Of a stretch of 64,000 bases of DNA, positions 43,905 to 56,991 are shown in pieces (within the stretch, counting starts at the first letter, position 1; each line of letters begins with the position of its first letter). A program made the position numbers and the translations under genes. The notes under the pieces were generated by a model that was given only the letters and a program-made list of their open reading frames with translations, searched no databases and was not told the origin of the DNA. The stretch comes from Lingula anatina (Eukaryota; Animalia; Brachiopoda): positions 5,332,001 through 5,396,000 of the forward strand of contig CM120647.1 of NCBI GenBank assembly GCA_051362555.1, in the 5' to 3' direction.

Positions 43905-46085
43905 ATGGCTTCCAAAGAGCTTTACAACGTCTTCAGTGAGAACTTTTTAACGTGTCATATCTGTCTGGAAGAATATAAAGACCCGAGAGTGCTCCCTTGT
44001 TACCACACGTTCTGCCTGGAATGCATTGCTGACCATGCTGCCAAGAATGGTGTCCAGAACAAGTTCTCCTGTCCCGTATGTCGCAACGAGGCCCCTGTAC
44101 CACCAGGTGGGTTAGAAACTCTCGTGAAAAACTTCTGTTTAAGAAAAATAACAGACTTCATAAAAGACCAGAAAGCGCCCGAGGGTAGACTTTGTGAGTA
44201 CTGTAAGCATAAAGAGGCCACTTTGCTGTGCCAAGGTTGTCCCAAAACCAACCAACTGTGTGCTACATGTCGTGAATTGCATGACAGCATCCCAGCATTG
44301 ACTGGACATCACTTTATAGCTCTGTCACAAGTCGACTTCTCAGTTAACTCAGCTAGCATGCGGGAACAATTACGTCGAGTATTGGATAAAGCTCAATTCT
44401 GCGATAAACACGACGGAGAACTGCTGACATTTTATTGTAAAGAGGATGACACCGTGGCATGTAGAGATTGTATTTTGGAAACTCACAGTAAGCACGACTT
44501 TGAAAAATTAGGGGATCTAGTGAGGGATCAACGGGAGCAAATACGAGAAAAGCTTAAATGTCTCCCAACCGAGAAATTGTCTCGATTTGAGAAGGCAGAA
44601 AAGGTCACTGTACAAACGGAAGAGAGGCTAGAAGAAAATCAGTCGAAGGTTCTTCGTTTGGTGGATTCTCAAAAATTGGCAATGGCAAAGGAGATTAATG
44701 AAAACATTAAAATTCTTGAAAGAGAACTCAAAGATAATTACCAAGAAATAGAAAAGAACGTACGTGAACAAACTACCACGTATTTGACTAATGTAAAACA
44801 GCATTTTGAAAGATATCGAAAGAAGATGCAGTCCAATTACTCCGAAATGAAACGATTTGTTGATGGTAGGAGCAACGAACTATCGACCGAAGTTAAGGCA
44901 TTCACCTCCACGCAGGTGAAGGCTTTAATGGCTGAAAAAGACAAGCAAGAAATGAACAAGATTTCCATTCAGAGCATTCGCGATTTCGCCCAGCAGCTCA
45001 CAGACACCGGTTCCGACATCGAGGTCATGACCCACTCTAAAAAACTCCAAACTAGAATTCAGGAGTTACATACAGTAGAACCTGCCGTAGATACTAAGAT
45101 CACCAACATAACATTTACACCAGGAAAAACAGACATGGACCTTGTGCTTCAGTTTCCTAAAATTCCTGAACCACTGCCACTGACCATCAAAACAGTGTCC
45201 ATCAAGGCCAAAACATACAGTGGTCCTTTGGATGCATATTTTGGAAGTTTGAAAAAAGAGAGAGTGCACCTTCGCCAGCTGATGGAAGCCAAGTGGGTGG
45301 GGACGCCAGAGCGGGTTACTTGTTTTAAAGTAAAGGATTGGCCGTGGGATGTCCAGTGGACAGATGACAGGTGTGTTTTAGTTGTGCGTGGTATTACAGT
45401 GTCTGTATTCTCCAGCACAGGTCAATGTAATCGTGAGATCAGTATAGAGGGAAGGGCAAGGCGTATCACTACAGTTAGTAACGATAGATTCGTAGTCACA
45501 TGTGAAGATAAATGCTGTAGACTGTACTCAACATTAGGTCAGGTTATACGGTGTTTTGGTCAGGGTGATATGTCTGACCCCTGGGGTGTCACGGTGGACC
45601 GTACAGAGGGCAAGGTGTACGTGTGTGATAGTGATACTCGGTGCATCTGTGTGTACAGTATGGAATCTTTTCAACTTGTGAACAAAATCGGTATCCCAAT
45701 GTGCAGTGATGGTTCACAGCGCTGTGCATACCACCACGGCATCAATGCAATCATAGTCAGCGACTACAGTGCCCACTGTGTGTATGCAGTGACACCCCAG
45801 GGTGATGTCTTATTCCAATACGGAACACGATGTCAGAGTGGAAATGAAGATGGACAACTAGATTATCCACGAGGAGTGTGCGTAGATAATATTGGGCACA
45901 TATTCATAGCTGACAGCCGAAATGACAGGGTGATTGTCCTTGGTTCAGACGGGAAATTCCTACGTTACGTTTTGACTAGGAATAACGGTCTTAGATCTCC
46001 TTTGTCAGTCGATGTCAGCAGTAACGGGGAGCTTGTCGTTGGAACTGACGGATGTGAAATATCCACGTATAAGTATGCAGATTAG
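43905..46085 (+). CDS. TRIM-NHL E3 ubiquitin ligase (RING, 2 B-boxes, coiled coil, NHL/beta-propeller; TRIM2/3/56-like), 726 aa, single coding exon
   Basis: RING CHICLEEYKDPRVLPCYHTFCLEC...CPVCR. B-boxes CEYC...CATC..LH and CDKH...YCKEDD..ACRDC..TH..H. NHL repeats DPWGVTVD and YPRGVCVDNIGHIFIADSRNDRV. Acceptor ttttaccgtag lies 2 nt before the ATG. Confidence 0.95.
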   Translation: MASKELYNVFSENFLTCHICLEEYKDPRVLPCYHTFCLECIADHAAKNGVQNKFSCPVCRNEAPVPPGGLETLVKNFCLRKITDFIKDQKAPEGRLCEYCKHKEATLLCQGCPKTNQLCATCRELHDSIPALTGHHFIALSQVDFSVNSASMREQLRRVLDKAQFCDKHDGELLTFYCKEDDTVACRDCILETHSKHDFEKLGDLVRDQREQIREKLKCLPTEKLSRFEKAEKVTVQTEERLEENQSKVLRLVDSQKLAMAKEINENIKILERELKDNYQEIEKNVREQTTTYLTNVKQHFERYRKKMQSNYSEMKRFVDGRSNELSTEVKAFTSTQVKALMAEKDKQEMNKISIQSIRDFAQQLTDTGSDIEVMTHSKKLQTRIQELHTVEPAVDTKITNITFTPGKTDMDLVLQFPKIPEPLPLTIKTVSIKAKTYSGPLDAYFGSLKKERVHLRQLMEAKWVGTPERVTCFKVKDWPWDVQWTDDRCVLVVRGITVSVFSSTGQCNREISIEGRARRITTVSNDRFVVTCEDKCCRLYSTLGQVIRCFGQGDMSDPWGVTVDRTEGKVYVCDSDTRCICVYSMESFQLVNKIGIPMCSDGSQRCAYHHGINAIIVSDYSAHCVYAVTPQGDVLFQYGTRCQSGNEDGQLDYPRGVCVDNIGHIFIADSRNDRVIVLGSDGKFLRYVLTRNNGLRSPLSVDVSSNGELVVGTDGCEISTYKYAD

Positions 46086-46209
46086 AAATGAACTATGATT
46101 TGACACTGTGATGATGTTTGAATTGTGATGCTAATCACTGTGAAAAGTGTAATGAACACACTACAAACGTGTCTTAGATTTATCCAGCACTATGTTTGTT
46201 TAATATATA

Positions 46210-46595
46210 AACAGGAAGAATGCGGCAGTTCTAAATGAATAACAAGGCCAGAAATGCGCAGCATACGCGATACGCGAGGGCGCTACAGTAGGGCTTCACG
46301 TGACTCAACAGCCAATCATAGCACAACAATGGCATCTCACACAGACTCTGTGATAAGTGCTCGAGAAGCCAAAGTTGACTACCAAAAGCTGGCAAATCCC
46401 ACCTATTTATTCCCTGCAATCGGATTACACACAAAAAAAGACCCAGGTGACAAATTACATTCCAAGAATGCATTCTAGATCCCCTACCTATGTTAACTAT
46501 CTTAACTCTAGCGGTTATCATAGCTAGGGCAGGTAACTACCTGGCCGGGCTGGCAACTTTTCAGAGTTACCTGCCCTGTGGTCTGGCTAGTAATT
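46210..46595 (+). mobile_element. Possible non-autonomous Helitron-like element
   Basis: A 13-bp hairpin AGGGCAGGTAACT (46526-46538) / AGTTACCTGCCCT (46565-46577) is followed by CTAG at 46587-46590. The 5' boundary is uncertain. Confidence 0.4.
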
Positions 46596-47330
46596 TCCTT
46601 GAATTTCATACACTGTAATTACTAAATGATGGTAGGAATTTTGGATTAAGAGATTAATTAAATAGTGATATTGTCAGTCAATTTATGTAGAATCTGATAA
46701 TATGATTGAGAATACTGATTAAATTCTTGGCCTTGCACTGGGCAGTTTTACATTTGTGCCAAGTGCTTTTTTAATCATTTTTGGACTCCATTGTACAGTG
46801 GTAATGGTCCTTCAATTGCCATGAAAGTTTTTATTCAGACTCTGTATTGTGCTGCCATCTGCTGGTGCTATCGGCAACGAATTAGTTTGCCTTTGTTTCT
46901 GATTGAATCTACCGTCTAAAATCACTATTTCTGACAATATTTGCGTTTTGCTGAGGGTAGGCTAAGCAATGCACGGCAAACTTCTTAGTACGTGTGTACA
47001 ACCGAATTAAAAAAAACCCTAGCGATATTTGGTCACGAGTTGCTTGAAGCATAGCACAGCGTTGCTGACTATCGGCATCAGGCCGTTAGTTTGTCAATTA
47101 TCACGAAATACCCACGAATCACGAACCCATTCAATTCCCTATGGCAATCTAGCAACTCGTTAAAAATGCACGCATGCGCAGTGAACATGCAGTGCATTTC
47201 TGGGGATGGGTAAATATCAGCGTAAAGACATATACAGTATGTCTTTATCAGTTTCATCGCTTTTAGTGTTTTTACCCTCTGCGGTCAACATGTAATTTAT
47301 ATAATAAACATATACTTTTTTTTTACTTAA

Positions 47331-47668
47331 AGGGATAATAACTCTTTGTTTTGGCCAAAAAATGAATTTTCCTGGAGTAAACAACAATTTTCCCATACTT
47401 ACCAATGGTTAATGAATCCATTTTTACATTCAAAGTTAGTCCCTGTTTTTTTTTTCTAAAAATTTGTTTTTTTGTTAAAATCTCTTAAGAGATTATAACA
47501 GAGTATAGCCGTCAATGGAGGTCACGTGGTCTGAAGACCAGCTCAGATATCAGAATAATAGCTACAACTGCCGTTTTTGTGGTAAAACAGAATATATTAT
47601 ATTACTGTGAGTTATTCACAATGTTTTTATTGTGAAATATAAATCTCATACGAAGAGTTACTATCCCT
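47331..47668. mobile_element. Kolobok-like MITE
   Basis: TTAA|AGGGATAATAACTCTT ... AAGAGTTACTATCCCT|TTAA. Related pieces occur at ~27790-28090 and ~55895-55990. Confidence 0.75.
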
Positions 47669-48235
47669 TTAATAGAATTAAATTTTACAGTGGACTCCTT
47701 TTTTGTCTGTTAATGGAACTAGTTGGCATTATCTTCTTTTTTTATTTCCTTGTGAATAATGTTTACAGGCATATAATAAATATGGCATATAGCAAGAACT
47801 ATAAAGATAAGACTTTGTCTGTTATAGGTACTACTCTAAAATACAATTTGAAATAAAGCCAAATGAGACTTGAATATGCCAATTTTCTTTATTGTTTTGC
47901 TAAGCAATGAAATTTAGCTAAACAAAAGCGTACGCGAGCAGAACAAGTTTTGTTTCCAGTAGTCTTTTCCTTTTTTTTTTTTTTTTTTTTTTTTTTTTGA
48001 CTGTGGAGTTGCTCTGGCCATAACTAAACAAATATTGCACAAATTTGAGGTTTGAGGGGACTACGAGATATGATGCCAAGTTAGAAAAATACAGCACGAA
48101 CATGATCCGAGCTTTCTCTCACTGCATGGGCACTGATCTTCGTAGTGCCCTCAGGACAGTGCGGTAATATTTTAATATGTACAAGACTGTCAGGACCCCA
48201 AGAGGGAGGGGTCGTGAGAGGGAGTGGTATCGGGT

Positions 48236-48326
48236 AGTGGTGTTCGGGGACTCCAAATGTTCAATTACTTCTGTCCTACGCTTAGGACGGAGGTAATTGA
48301 AACATTTGGAGTCCCCGAACACCACT
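48236..48326. repeat. 91-bp near-perfect palindrome/hairpin
   Basis: agtggtgttcggggactccaaatgttcaattacttctgtccta-cgct-taggacggaggtaattgaaacatttggagtccccgaacaccact. Confidence 0.9.
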
Positions 48327-49624
48327 CCCCGCTCTTACAACTGTAATAAGTGAAACAAACAAAATCCCCGCTCTTCTAAAATGTATGTACGGAGGAAAAA
48401 TCGAAAAAAAGGCAAAAAGATGAAATGTGTTTATAAAAAATTTGTTTATATTCATGACTTTAAAAAGAACGAAAAGTGTACTAACGAGAAGTGTACGCTA
48501 CTATTAAGCATGTCTGTTATCTTTGACACATGCTATATGATCATCTAATATATGTAAGTCACAAAAGAAAGTACTTCTTTGAACCACGAAGATGTAAATT
48601 TCTTTTCCTAGAATATATATATATATTTTTAATGCGTTTAATTACTGTAAGAGGAAACGCATGCCTGTGGAGGGTGACTGGCCAGTCGAAAGCGTGTACA
48701 GTTGAAAAAAAAAACTCGAAGCCATCATCAAACCATGGTAACGAAATAAAAGGGTTAGAAGCCGGGATCATCGCAACAACGAACTCGTCCAGGAACTTTT
48801 AACACGAACTTTTTTCCCTGGCTGAAGCCACGGTCAAAACCGGACGCACGGATTTTTGGATCGTACGACCCCTGTACCCTCCAGTACCCTCTATTGATTT
48901 CTTCCTGCTCAGCTGATGTAATTCTTACGGCCTCTTACCGCACATGCAATCGGCTTAAAGCTCTTTCACTTTGGGCCGCCCCCTCACGGCAACGACCCTT
49001 AACAACGGAGGCATGGCTCATTCGCCAGAATGTGCAGGCTGAATAACTCATCAAAATACATACTCTTTGGTCTATGCTGAAAAACATAGCCATTGTAAGA
49101 TTCGTTTTTGATCAATGTCAACCCATGTAAAACCCCAAAACATAATTTTAGGGATTTTTACTTTTCCGCCTTGATTACGTGTTTACTCTTCTTTAAAAAT
49201 CGCAAAAATACAATATATTTTGTTTATGTCGAGGTCCTGAAGGCGTTGGCGTTAAAGTCCAAATTGAAATTATATACATACATTTGTTTTTTTACTTCAC
49301 AGTGCACGCAAGGGCTATACAGAGCTTGATTTTATTTCACGTAGGAATGCACAAGAAGCTTGAAACATTTCTGCCATTCCTCAAAGTATAAATTCGAAGT
49401 AACATTACTGAAAACAACTGATCAAAAAGAAAGAATATACTATGTGTTCTTCCTACGGAAGACACTGAGTTAAATGACATGAAACGTCCAAACTAATGGG
49501 TGTATCCCTTAACCTAAAAGCTATCACTTATGCAAATGTAGGTTGCATCAGATGTGCTGGGTCTCCCGGCTCCTCAAGCACATTTACAGGTGACCGCTCT
49601 CCTATGTGTAATTAAACAGCTTGA

Positions 49625-49667
<43 letters not shown>

Positions 49668-49773
49668 TGCCGGTTAAAAATTGAAAAACATATTTTTTTT
49701 GTGATATAACATGTAACAGGATATAGGTTAAACAAAACTAATAAACAAGGAATGCTCTCAGAAAGCGCCGAGG

Positions 49774-49846
<73 letters not shown>

Positions 49847-50330
49847 GTTTATTCGATACCTGTATGATGTTTATTCGATATTGAGTAAGGTAGTTTGATA
49901 ATTTAAAAAGTAAAAACTAGATACACTTGAATTATGTTCAACTTAGCTCTTGTCCAGCTGTCAAAGGGATGAGTGAAAAAAAATCTTCCTTCCCCAATTA
50001 ACATAGCAGCAATTGCGTGCGTTAATGAATACCACACTAGGAAACACTGGTGTCTCTTTATTTTATAGGCACAGCTAGGGCTAATTTAATTCAAAAGGGA
50101 AATAAAAATACGAACGTGAACATTATTTTCAAACCCCAACATGATAAAGCATGAATGTGAACTAACGTTCGTAAATTGTCTTATCGATTTGACCAACCAA
50201 TGCATTGTGTTTGGGGTCAATTAATAAATAGCATATATTGTATTAATAATAAAATTAGCACTCTGTCCATTATTATTTTGTCGTCGATCCCGGGGTCATG
50301 TCTTGTTAAGTGTCATGTATTGCCATCTAA

Positions 50331-50776
50331 GGCCCCATTCAGAATAGGGGAATAAGTATTCCGAGGGTAAAATATGGCCGACACACTTGGATACTTTCAC
50401 AGGGGCGAATCCAGGATTATTTAAATGGGGTCTTGTTTTAAGGAATGACAGGCCGCGGATGCCAAGCCAACCCTTCCCACCTCCACCCCCTTTGTCTTGG
50501 GGTTTTAGGCCTGCTGAAGGGCCGAAACCTTTTTTCGTATTTTAGAAGGCGAACGGTGTCATTTGGTACTGTTTTAGAACGTAGATTCAGACAGTTAAAA
50601 TTTCAATTTCAAGAGGAAACCATTGTTGTGATTTTTTTTTTTCAGAAATAGAAATCCGCCACTTCTTTCCAACGAGAAATCTATTTAATGACTATAAGCG
50701 GATCAGACTGCACGCTTTGTAGTGGGTAGCCATATTTGACCCTCGGACTACTGAGTCCTTCATTCTGAATGGGGCC
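50331..50776. mobile_element. MITE with GGCCCCATTCAGAAT TIRs (Harbinger-like) containing a nested hAT-like MITE (~50400-50664)
   Basis: Perfect 15-bp TIRs. The internal CAGGGGCGAATCC...ATCCGCCACT segment is related to 56992-57268 and 58451-58710. Confidence 0.65.
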
Positions 50777-51564
50777 ATAAATATACCTTCAATATCTTAT
50801 CTATAAACTCGCGTGCTAGTCCATAGTCGCTTGAAATTTATATTTAATTTCAATAAGCTACACGCTGAGCACCTGTGTATTTCTAATCTCCTCGACCACC
50901 AATGCTTGATATGATACGGTCCGTAAATGTGGAAATGTTACAAATGAACATGCTTTAGGCAGATCGTATTTCATTAAATATAAATTAAATAAATAAAATA
51001 TATATAATAATTACCACGCCAAATAATAAGTATATGTTCGTTTCATACATGAAGGCGTAGTCCTGTGGGTACGATAACTTGACGATTTCTGATTTTTAAT
51101 TGTTTATTTATCTTTTATTTATTTATTTATATATTTATATTTTTGAAATTGCAAATTTGTGTTGTTCAGACTAAAAAAAATAAAAATCACTTCTTATAAA
51201 ACGCACAGATGCGTCTCAGCTCTATTTACGAATGAACACGACGTTATTAACAAATACATCTGTGTCTTGGAACAAATCCGAAGATAAGCTTCTTATAACC
51301 ATGGGAAGCGGCATGTTTCATTATTCATTTGTGTCTGGCTAGAGTGACTCATCAATTACGTGACATCCAGGTAGCATCTATTCTAGCTTGAAGTTAATAA
51401 CAGCTGCATCCGCTTCATACAGAATAACTAGAACAATAATTTTGTGACCGTTGGAAACAGTTTCAAAGTTTTCAAAATCATTTAGAATATCCCTTTTGCC
51501 AAGTTTTTTGGGCTTTGTTCGCCCAACTGTTTAAGCGCTTGTTAACTTAAGTTAGGCAAGTAAC

Positions 51565-51652
<88 letters not shown>

Positions 51653-51968
51653 AACATGAGGACGATTGAACTAAGGTATTATATAATTAATGGTAAAACC
51701 ACTGACCTTGTAAACCCTTAGAATTTAAATAATACTGTATTGTTCGATTTATATCTCACGTATCATATTTGGTATTGTCACAGGAAAGAAATCTATTGAA
51801 CTATTCCCCAAGGATAGAAATCAACCTCAATTTAACCTCTCTTATGCAACTGGATGAAAAGCGTGACAAACAACAATGCCACTATCCCGTAATACCAGGA
51901 CTCGCCATGCGACCCGCTAAACACGAACGAAGATTAAATTGACTATAAAGTTATGAATTAATAAACTG

Positions 51969-52011
<43 letters not shown>

Positions 52012-52888
52012 ATTCACTGTTAATATGTATATATATAGTCAAACACGAGGACGATTGAATTAAAAACAAATAAATAAATAAATAAATAAATTGTGTCAAG
52101 AACTGTTATGCATTAAATACAAATTATTAACCCGCTAAATGAGACAGGCTGTTTTTATTTTAGCTAGAAGCACGAGGTCATCCCACACGTATGACGTTAT
52201 GATGTTAATTGCATTTTGTATTTTAATATCTAGCAACAATTAGAATGGACAAAAACTGGTCAAAATCAAAATCAAACTTAACTTGTAGTTTCTGTGAGAA
52301 TACTTCCCTTTCTATCAATTAATTAATTTCTATACATCCCTAAATTTAACATTTCGATACCGCCCAACTGACCTCTTATTACACCTACTAACTTTTCTTC
52401 CCTAGTAATATCATTACGGGAGCATGGTGAAAAGTAAATTAAGGGACCGACTTTGCTAAATCCAGGTTAACAATTACATTAACCTGGAATAACACTATCA
52501 ATGACCAGCAAGTGTTGCATGCAATGATAAAATTTCGTTCAAACAATGTGCTCGTGACGTGCTGCTTGTCTAACAATACGTCAACTACGGTTACCGATTC
52601 CATGAATTTTTCACCACCAATTTCGATTGGCGCACACGGACAATTTGATTTGTGCAGTAAAATATTACTGTAAGAAAAAATTTGTAATTTATCTTACTTT
52701 CCTGTGTTTTATTTTTGTCTTCTGGTTCGAAGATATTATCAATGCTTTTGATTATGCAATTTTTCCATAAACTTCTTAGTGCCCGGTAAGACTTATCGAC
52801 AGCATGCAGGGCGACTTAGATAAAAGTGTAAGCAAAGCATGCTGAAATAGTCTTTGGAATATCTCGGTTGCAGCCGGCAGTTCTTGCA

Positions 52889-54277
52889 ATGGGTTCTCGA
52901 ATGTACAGTAACAAGCAGCGGTATTTTTTATTGCTCCATCTATTCATTCGAGGGGTCTTAGGCATGGGGACAGTCAGCCCACGGACATGGTTGAGCGTAA
53001 CGAGCACCCATACCTTCCCCGACCGCGGCGACACCACCTCGCTTAGCTTTGGTTTAGATAGCCAAAATTCAACGGAAGCGGGAATTTCCCCCCAGGCTGA
53101 TGTCCAAGAGAATCCACCGCTTCATTTCCAACCTACTTTAACAGCGGCCAGTTTCAATGGATCCTCTTCTGGTGTAGACAAGGGCGATGTGGAAGAACCG
53201 GTGACACATACCCCACTGGAGGAAGTCTCCACAGACGAAAGGCACTCCCCTCGGAACGCAACTACACCCCCTTTCTCGTTCGATGCGAGAAGGGAAGAAG
53301 AGAACTCCACAAATTCAACTTTCGATTCGAGCCCACCAACAGCTGGTGAGTCAATGGTGACTCTTTGGAATGGCACTTCACTCCCTCTTAACCTACCCAG
53401 AACATTTTGCTTAAAGAGAACAGTAGTTCAGACAGCTGAGTGCTTCTGTGACAACTTTTGCGGTTTGTTCCAAGACTGCTGTGCCACTGACTATTGTAAG
53501 AAGCGTTCCTCATCGGTGGTCACGCGCTTAAACTCAAACAATATTGAATGCATCATGCAGACCACCTCGCATTTTCTTGGACTTAATTCTCAACACTTTT
53601 GGATGGTGACATCATGCCCAGATGAATGGCCCAATGATACCGTTCGTAGTAAATGTGAATATCCGCATAATACCAGTGAAGTTGACCGCATGGTTCCTGT
53701 GTCTGACTTGGCAACAAACTTGACATTTCGTAACGAACACTGTGCAATGTGCCACGGTATATCTGATGTCAAACAATGGGATTTTTACTTCACATGTCAC
53801 AGATCCTTATCGTTCGGCATTGACAGTGTTTTCAACATCATCAATGGAGACGACATTGTGGCACAGGCAAGATCGACCGATGGCTGTGGCTTCTTATTTC
53901 GCCCTCCAGTCAACACTTCCGGAAGACCGTGTATTCCACCTAACCTAATGCCAATTGCCTCAGTATCGGGTCGACGCATCGCTGCATTGCAGTGTCACAG
54001 AGACACCCAGCCAGAATTCAAAGAACTTTGTTGGACAGGACCAATTTCCGTCACTCATGTTCAAAGGTGGTCGTGGCACTATTACACAAGGAATGCCTTT
54101 TGTTGGCTTTGTAGTTATTCAGATAATATTGTGACAGAAATGAAAAATTGTACTGTTCCAGGTAAGTCTTGTTGCTTTTTGTCGCTGGAAGAAATTGCAA
54201 ACGTTCATTGGTTACATAAAAGAAGTAAAACAGTAGCTACAACATGTTCTACAAAAGTATTTTCAACACTTCAATAT

Positions 54278-54310
<33 letters not shown>

Positions 54311-55395
54311 TAGCACTGTTCCTGATTTTGAAGCTACCCAGATGTGTGTATTATAAAGCTATTACAGAACCCAAAAGCTTATGTGATGTTACTGCTAGGA
54401 CATGGCGAGAAATAAGCAATTCTCTCGCACTCAAAAATCGCGCAAAAATTATGACCGACTTTCGCCGATTGTATTCTGTGTATGGATAAATCCTAAAACC
54501 CACCCACGAAGGTCTTACGGGGAATGAAGGCCATTTAAAATATATTGTATTGTGGAGTGAACAAAAAATCCAGCAATGAGGAGAACAATGATCAGTGTAA
54601 AATGGGGGTTGATTGATGACTGGGTGGGTGGGGGGTCTAGTAAAAACCCTTTTTAATTTCAGTATGACGTGCCTGAGAGTGCGAGAGTCCCTATTCTTGT
54701 GCTTTTTACTTACTAGTGTTTGCTACAGCAATATGTATTGTGTGTATGGTTTTGGATGTGCTATAATTATTGTATTGTAATGCGTGTATTGAATACAATG
54801 TTTGTGAAAATCCGCTCCTGACTGCAGACACAAGATGAATGAATAATTTATCACTCCTTAGGCTTTTTATGTAAACCATGTACAGTATCCACTCAACTAT
54901 GTGATGAAGTGAAAAATGAATGTCAGAAATTTGCGAATTCGGTGAGGTCAAGGCTCGACGCGTCGACTGAAGAAAAAACATGCAGTTGAAAACAAGGACG
55001 TCGATGGACTGATTATACAAAAAGCTTTTCAGTTACCTTTATCAGTCCAAGTTTAAAAAAATAAATAAGCATGATTAAAATTTTCTCGATAGAAGTGTCA
55101 TCGACCACAATGGTAATACGTAGATAGTGGACATTGATTATAGGGGCACGTGTCGGGATTGGTTACAGTTACCTAATTAAATTACCGTTTTGCTGCAATA
55201 TCTTTACTGTTTAATATCTTGCTGTTAAGGCCACCCTGATTATTACATACAGGTAGGGACACCATGTTCGTACAAAGACAACGGAGCCATCCTGATTATA
55301 GTCAGATATCTAAAGAGAAAGAAAACCCTAGTAATTTTTTTTAAGTTTTTGCTTTGGAAATATTATTATATTTGCGTCTCTCAAAAGACAATGCA

Positions 55396-55443
<48 letters not shown>

Positions 55444-56871
55444 CATGCAACCTCCCGTATTATTCAGTGTATATTTTTATCTTTCCAGCATCAACTAAAT
55501 CCTTCGATCCGCCAGGTTACACTGTCCAGATCGACACCTCTGGGGCGCGATTTAAGAACCCATGTGAACGAAGCAGCGACCAGGTAAGTCGTTCATTCGA
55601 GGAAACCATGGAAATTAAGGTTTTAGAGATATAATTTTAGATATGTTCTTGTGACAATCCGACTTTCTCTCCAGCAGAATTCGGATGAGACAGGACCATA
55701 ATCCTGGAGGACATAGAAAAATTAATTGTTAACACAAGCAATATGGATCACGTACATGTAAAAAATACTATTTGGGTTTTAGAGGAAAACATTTAAGCTG
55801 ATTAAAAATGGTATTTCATTTCTTTACATCATTAGACGTGGCTGCAGATAGCAAAAATGTGATGCCCGCTTCGCAATGTGTTGTGATTATACATTAAAGT
55901 CATAATAACTGTTCGTTTTGGCCAAAAATTGGATTTTCCTGGAAAAAACGGCAATTTTCCCGTACTTACCAATAGTCAACGACCCCATTAAACAATTACT
56001 GAATTACTACTTGTGTAAACGTTTAACGACATTTGGCGGTGTCTTTTTCAATTTTTTGAACATTTTGTCCTCAATAATATTCCTGTAAAACATCCGATTT
56101 GGCGGTACACATATACCGGTAAGACTTATTGAAACTTAATAAGCCATGCCCCATATGGTATCTGGACTTTAAAGAAAATAAATAATATGCCAGTTGAAAC
56201 AAAAAAAGTTATAGTTGCAAGAACGCTTTTGAAAAAATGTGTATATCTTGGGTGAAACGTTTGCTTTTCAGGCACTTTGCAACGAAGAAGAAGACCAGTG
56301 TTTTACTCCATATGTGGTCAACACTGATTTTACCATCCAAATCGCGCTTATGTCGGAACACGAACAGAAGTCTTCTGCAGCTGAAGCCATTTGTGACGTA
56401 GACTTAGCTTATCTCTTCTCTTACGAGGTTTTCAAATCCATTGGCGACAGTGCATGGCGCTATATGCCTCCCCGGAAGACTTGTAAAGAGATGAGCCGCA
56501 GTGCAACAAACCCATCACTGGTGGCAGTCTTCAACTACCAGGTCAGATTAACCAAAATGGTACGCGGCTATCGTGAAGGTTCCAAGCTGTTTGCTTCCTA
56601 CCGTGCAGAGTTCTCTAGGACGCTGAAGGCCAGGAGAGAGACGGTCAACTTTTACAACAAAGAATACCTGGCCATCTTGTTGGATTCCGACGCGGGCCGC
56701 TGCCCAGTGGACGTCGAGGCGGCACAACAGAAACCACCGATAGAGGTGCATGGCGGGGATAATAGCACGGCGTCCTCATGTGCCAGGGGTAGTCTGAGTG
56801 GTGATGCGCTTGTGCACGTTGTGTCAGCGGTTCTGGGTCTCATCCGATATGCTTTTGTGCAATTAGTATGA
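52889..56871 (+). CDS. Secreted, probably GPI-anchored somatomedin-B/Cys-rich protein (~655 aa); exons 52889-54161, 55489-55583, 56272-56871
   Basis: Hydrophobic leader YFLLLHLFIRGVLG, Ser/Thr-rich stalk, SMB-like CFCDNFCGLFQDCC, and CP..W....VRSKCE...VPVSD..TNLTFRNEHCAMCHG. Splice phases 1 then 0 with GTAAGT donors. C-terminus NSTASS...LVHVVSAVLGLIRYAFVQLV. The start could alternatively be 52901. Confidence 0.85.
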
Positions 56872-56991
56872 AAATATATGGTCTGGGAGTCTTAGAAAGC
56901 GTTACACAGACAACACACAAAATGTGGTAAATTGAGCAGACATAAAACGAGATAACCAGGGAAAGGTTTCTGCCTGTTGTCCAGAGGTCAC

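Noticed and set aside
54162-54313. Hydrophobic IIIIII tail of the 481-aa ORF as a transmembrane helix
   Set aside because: Lies after a GTAAGT donor and derives from an (ATA)n microsatellite.
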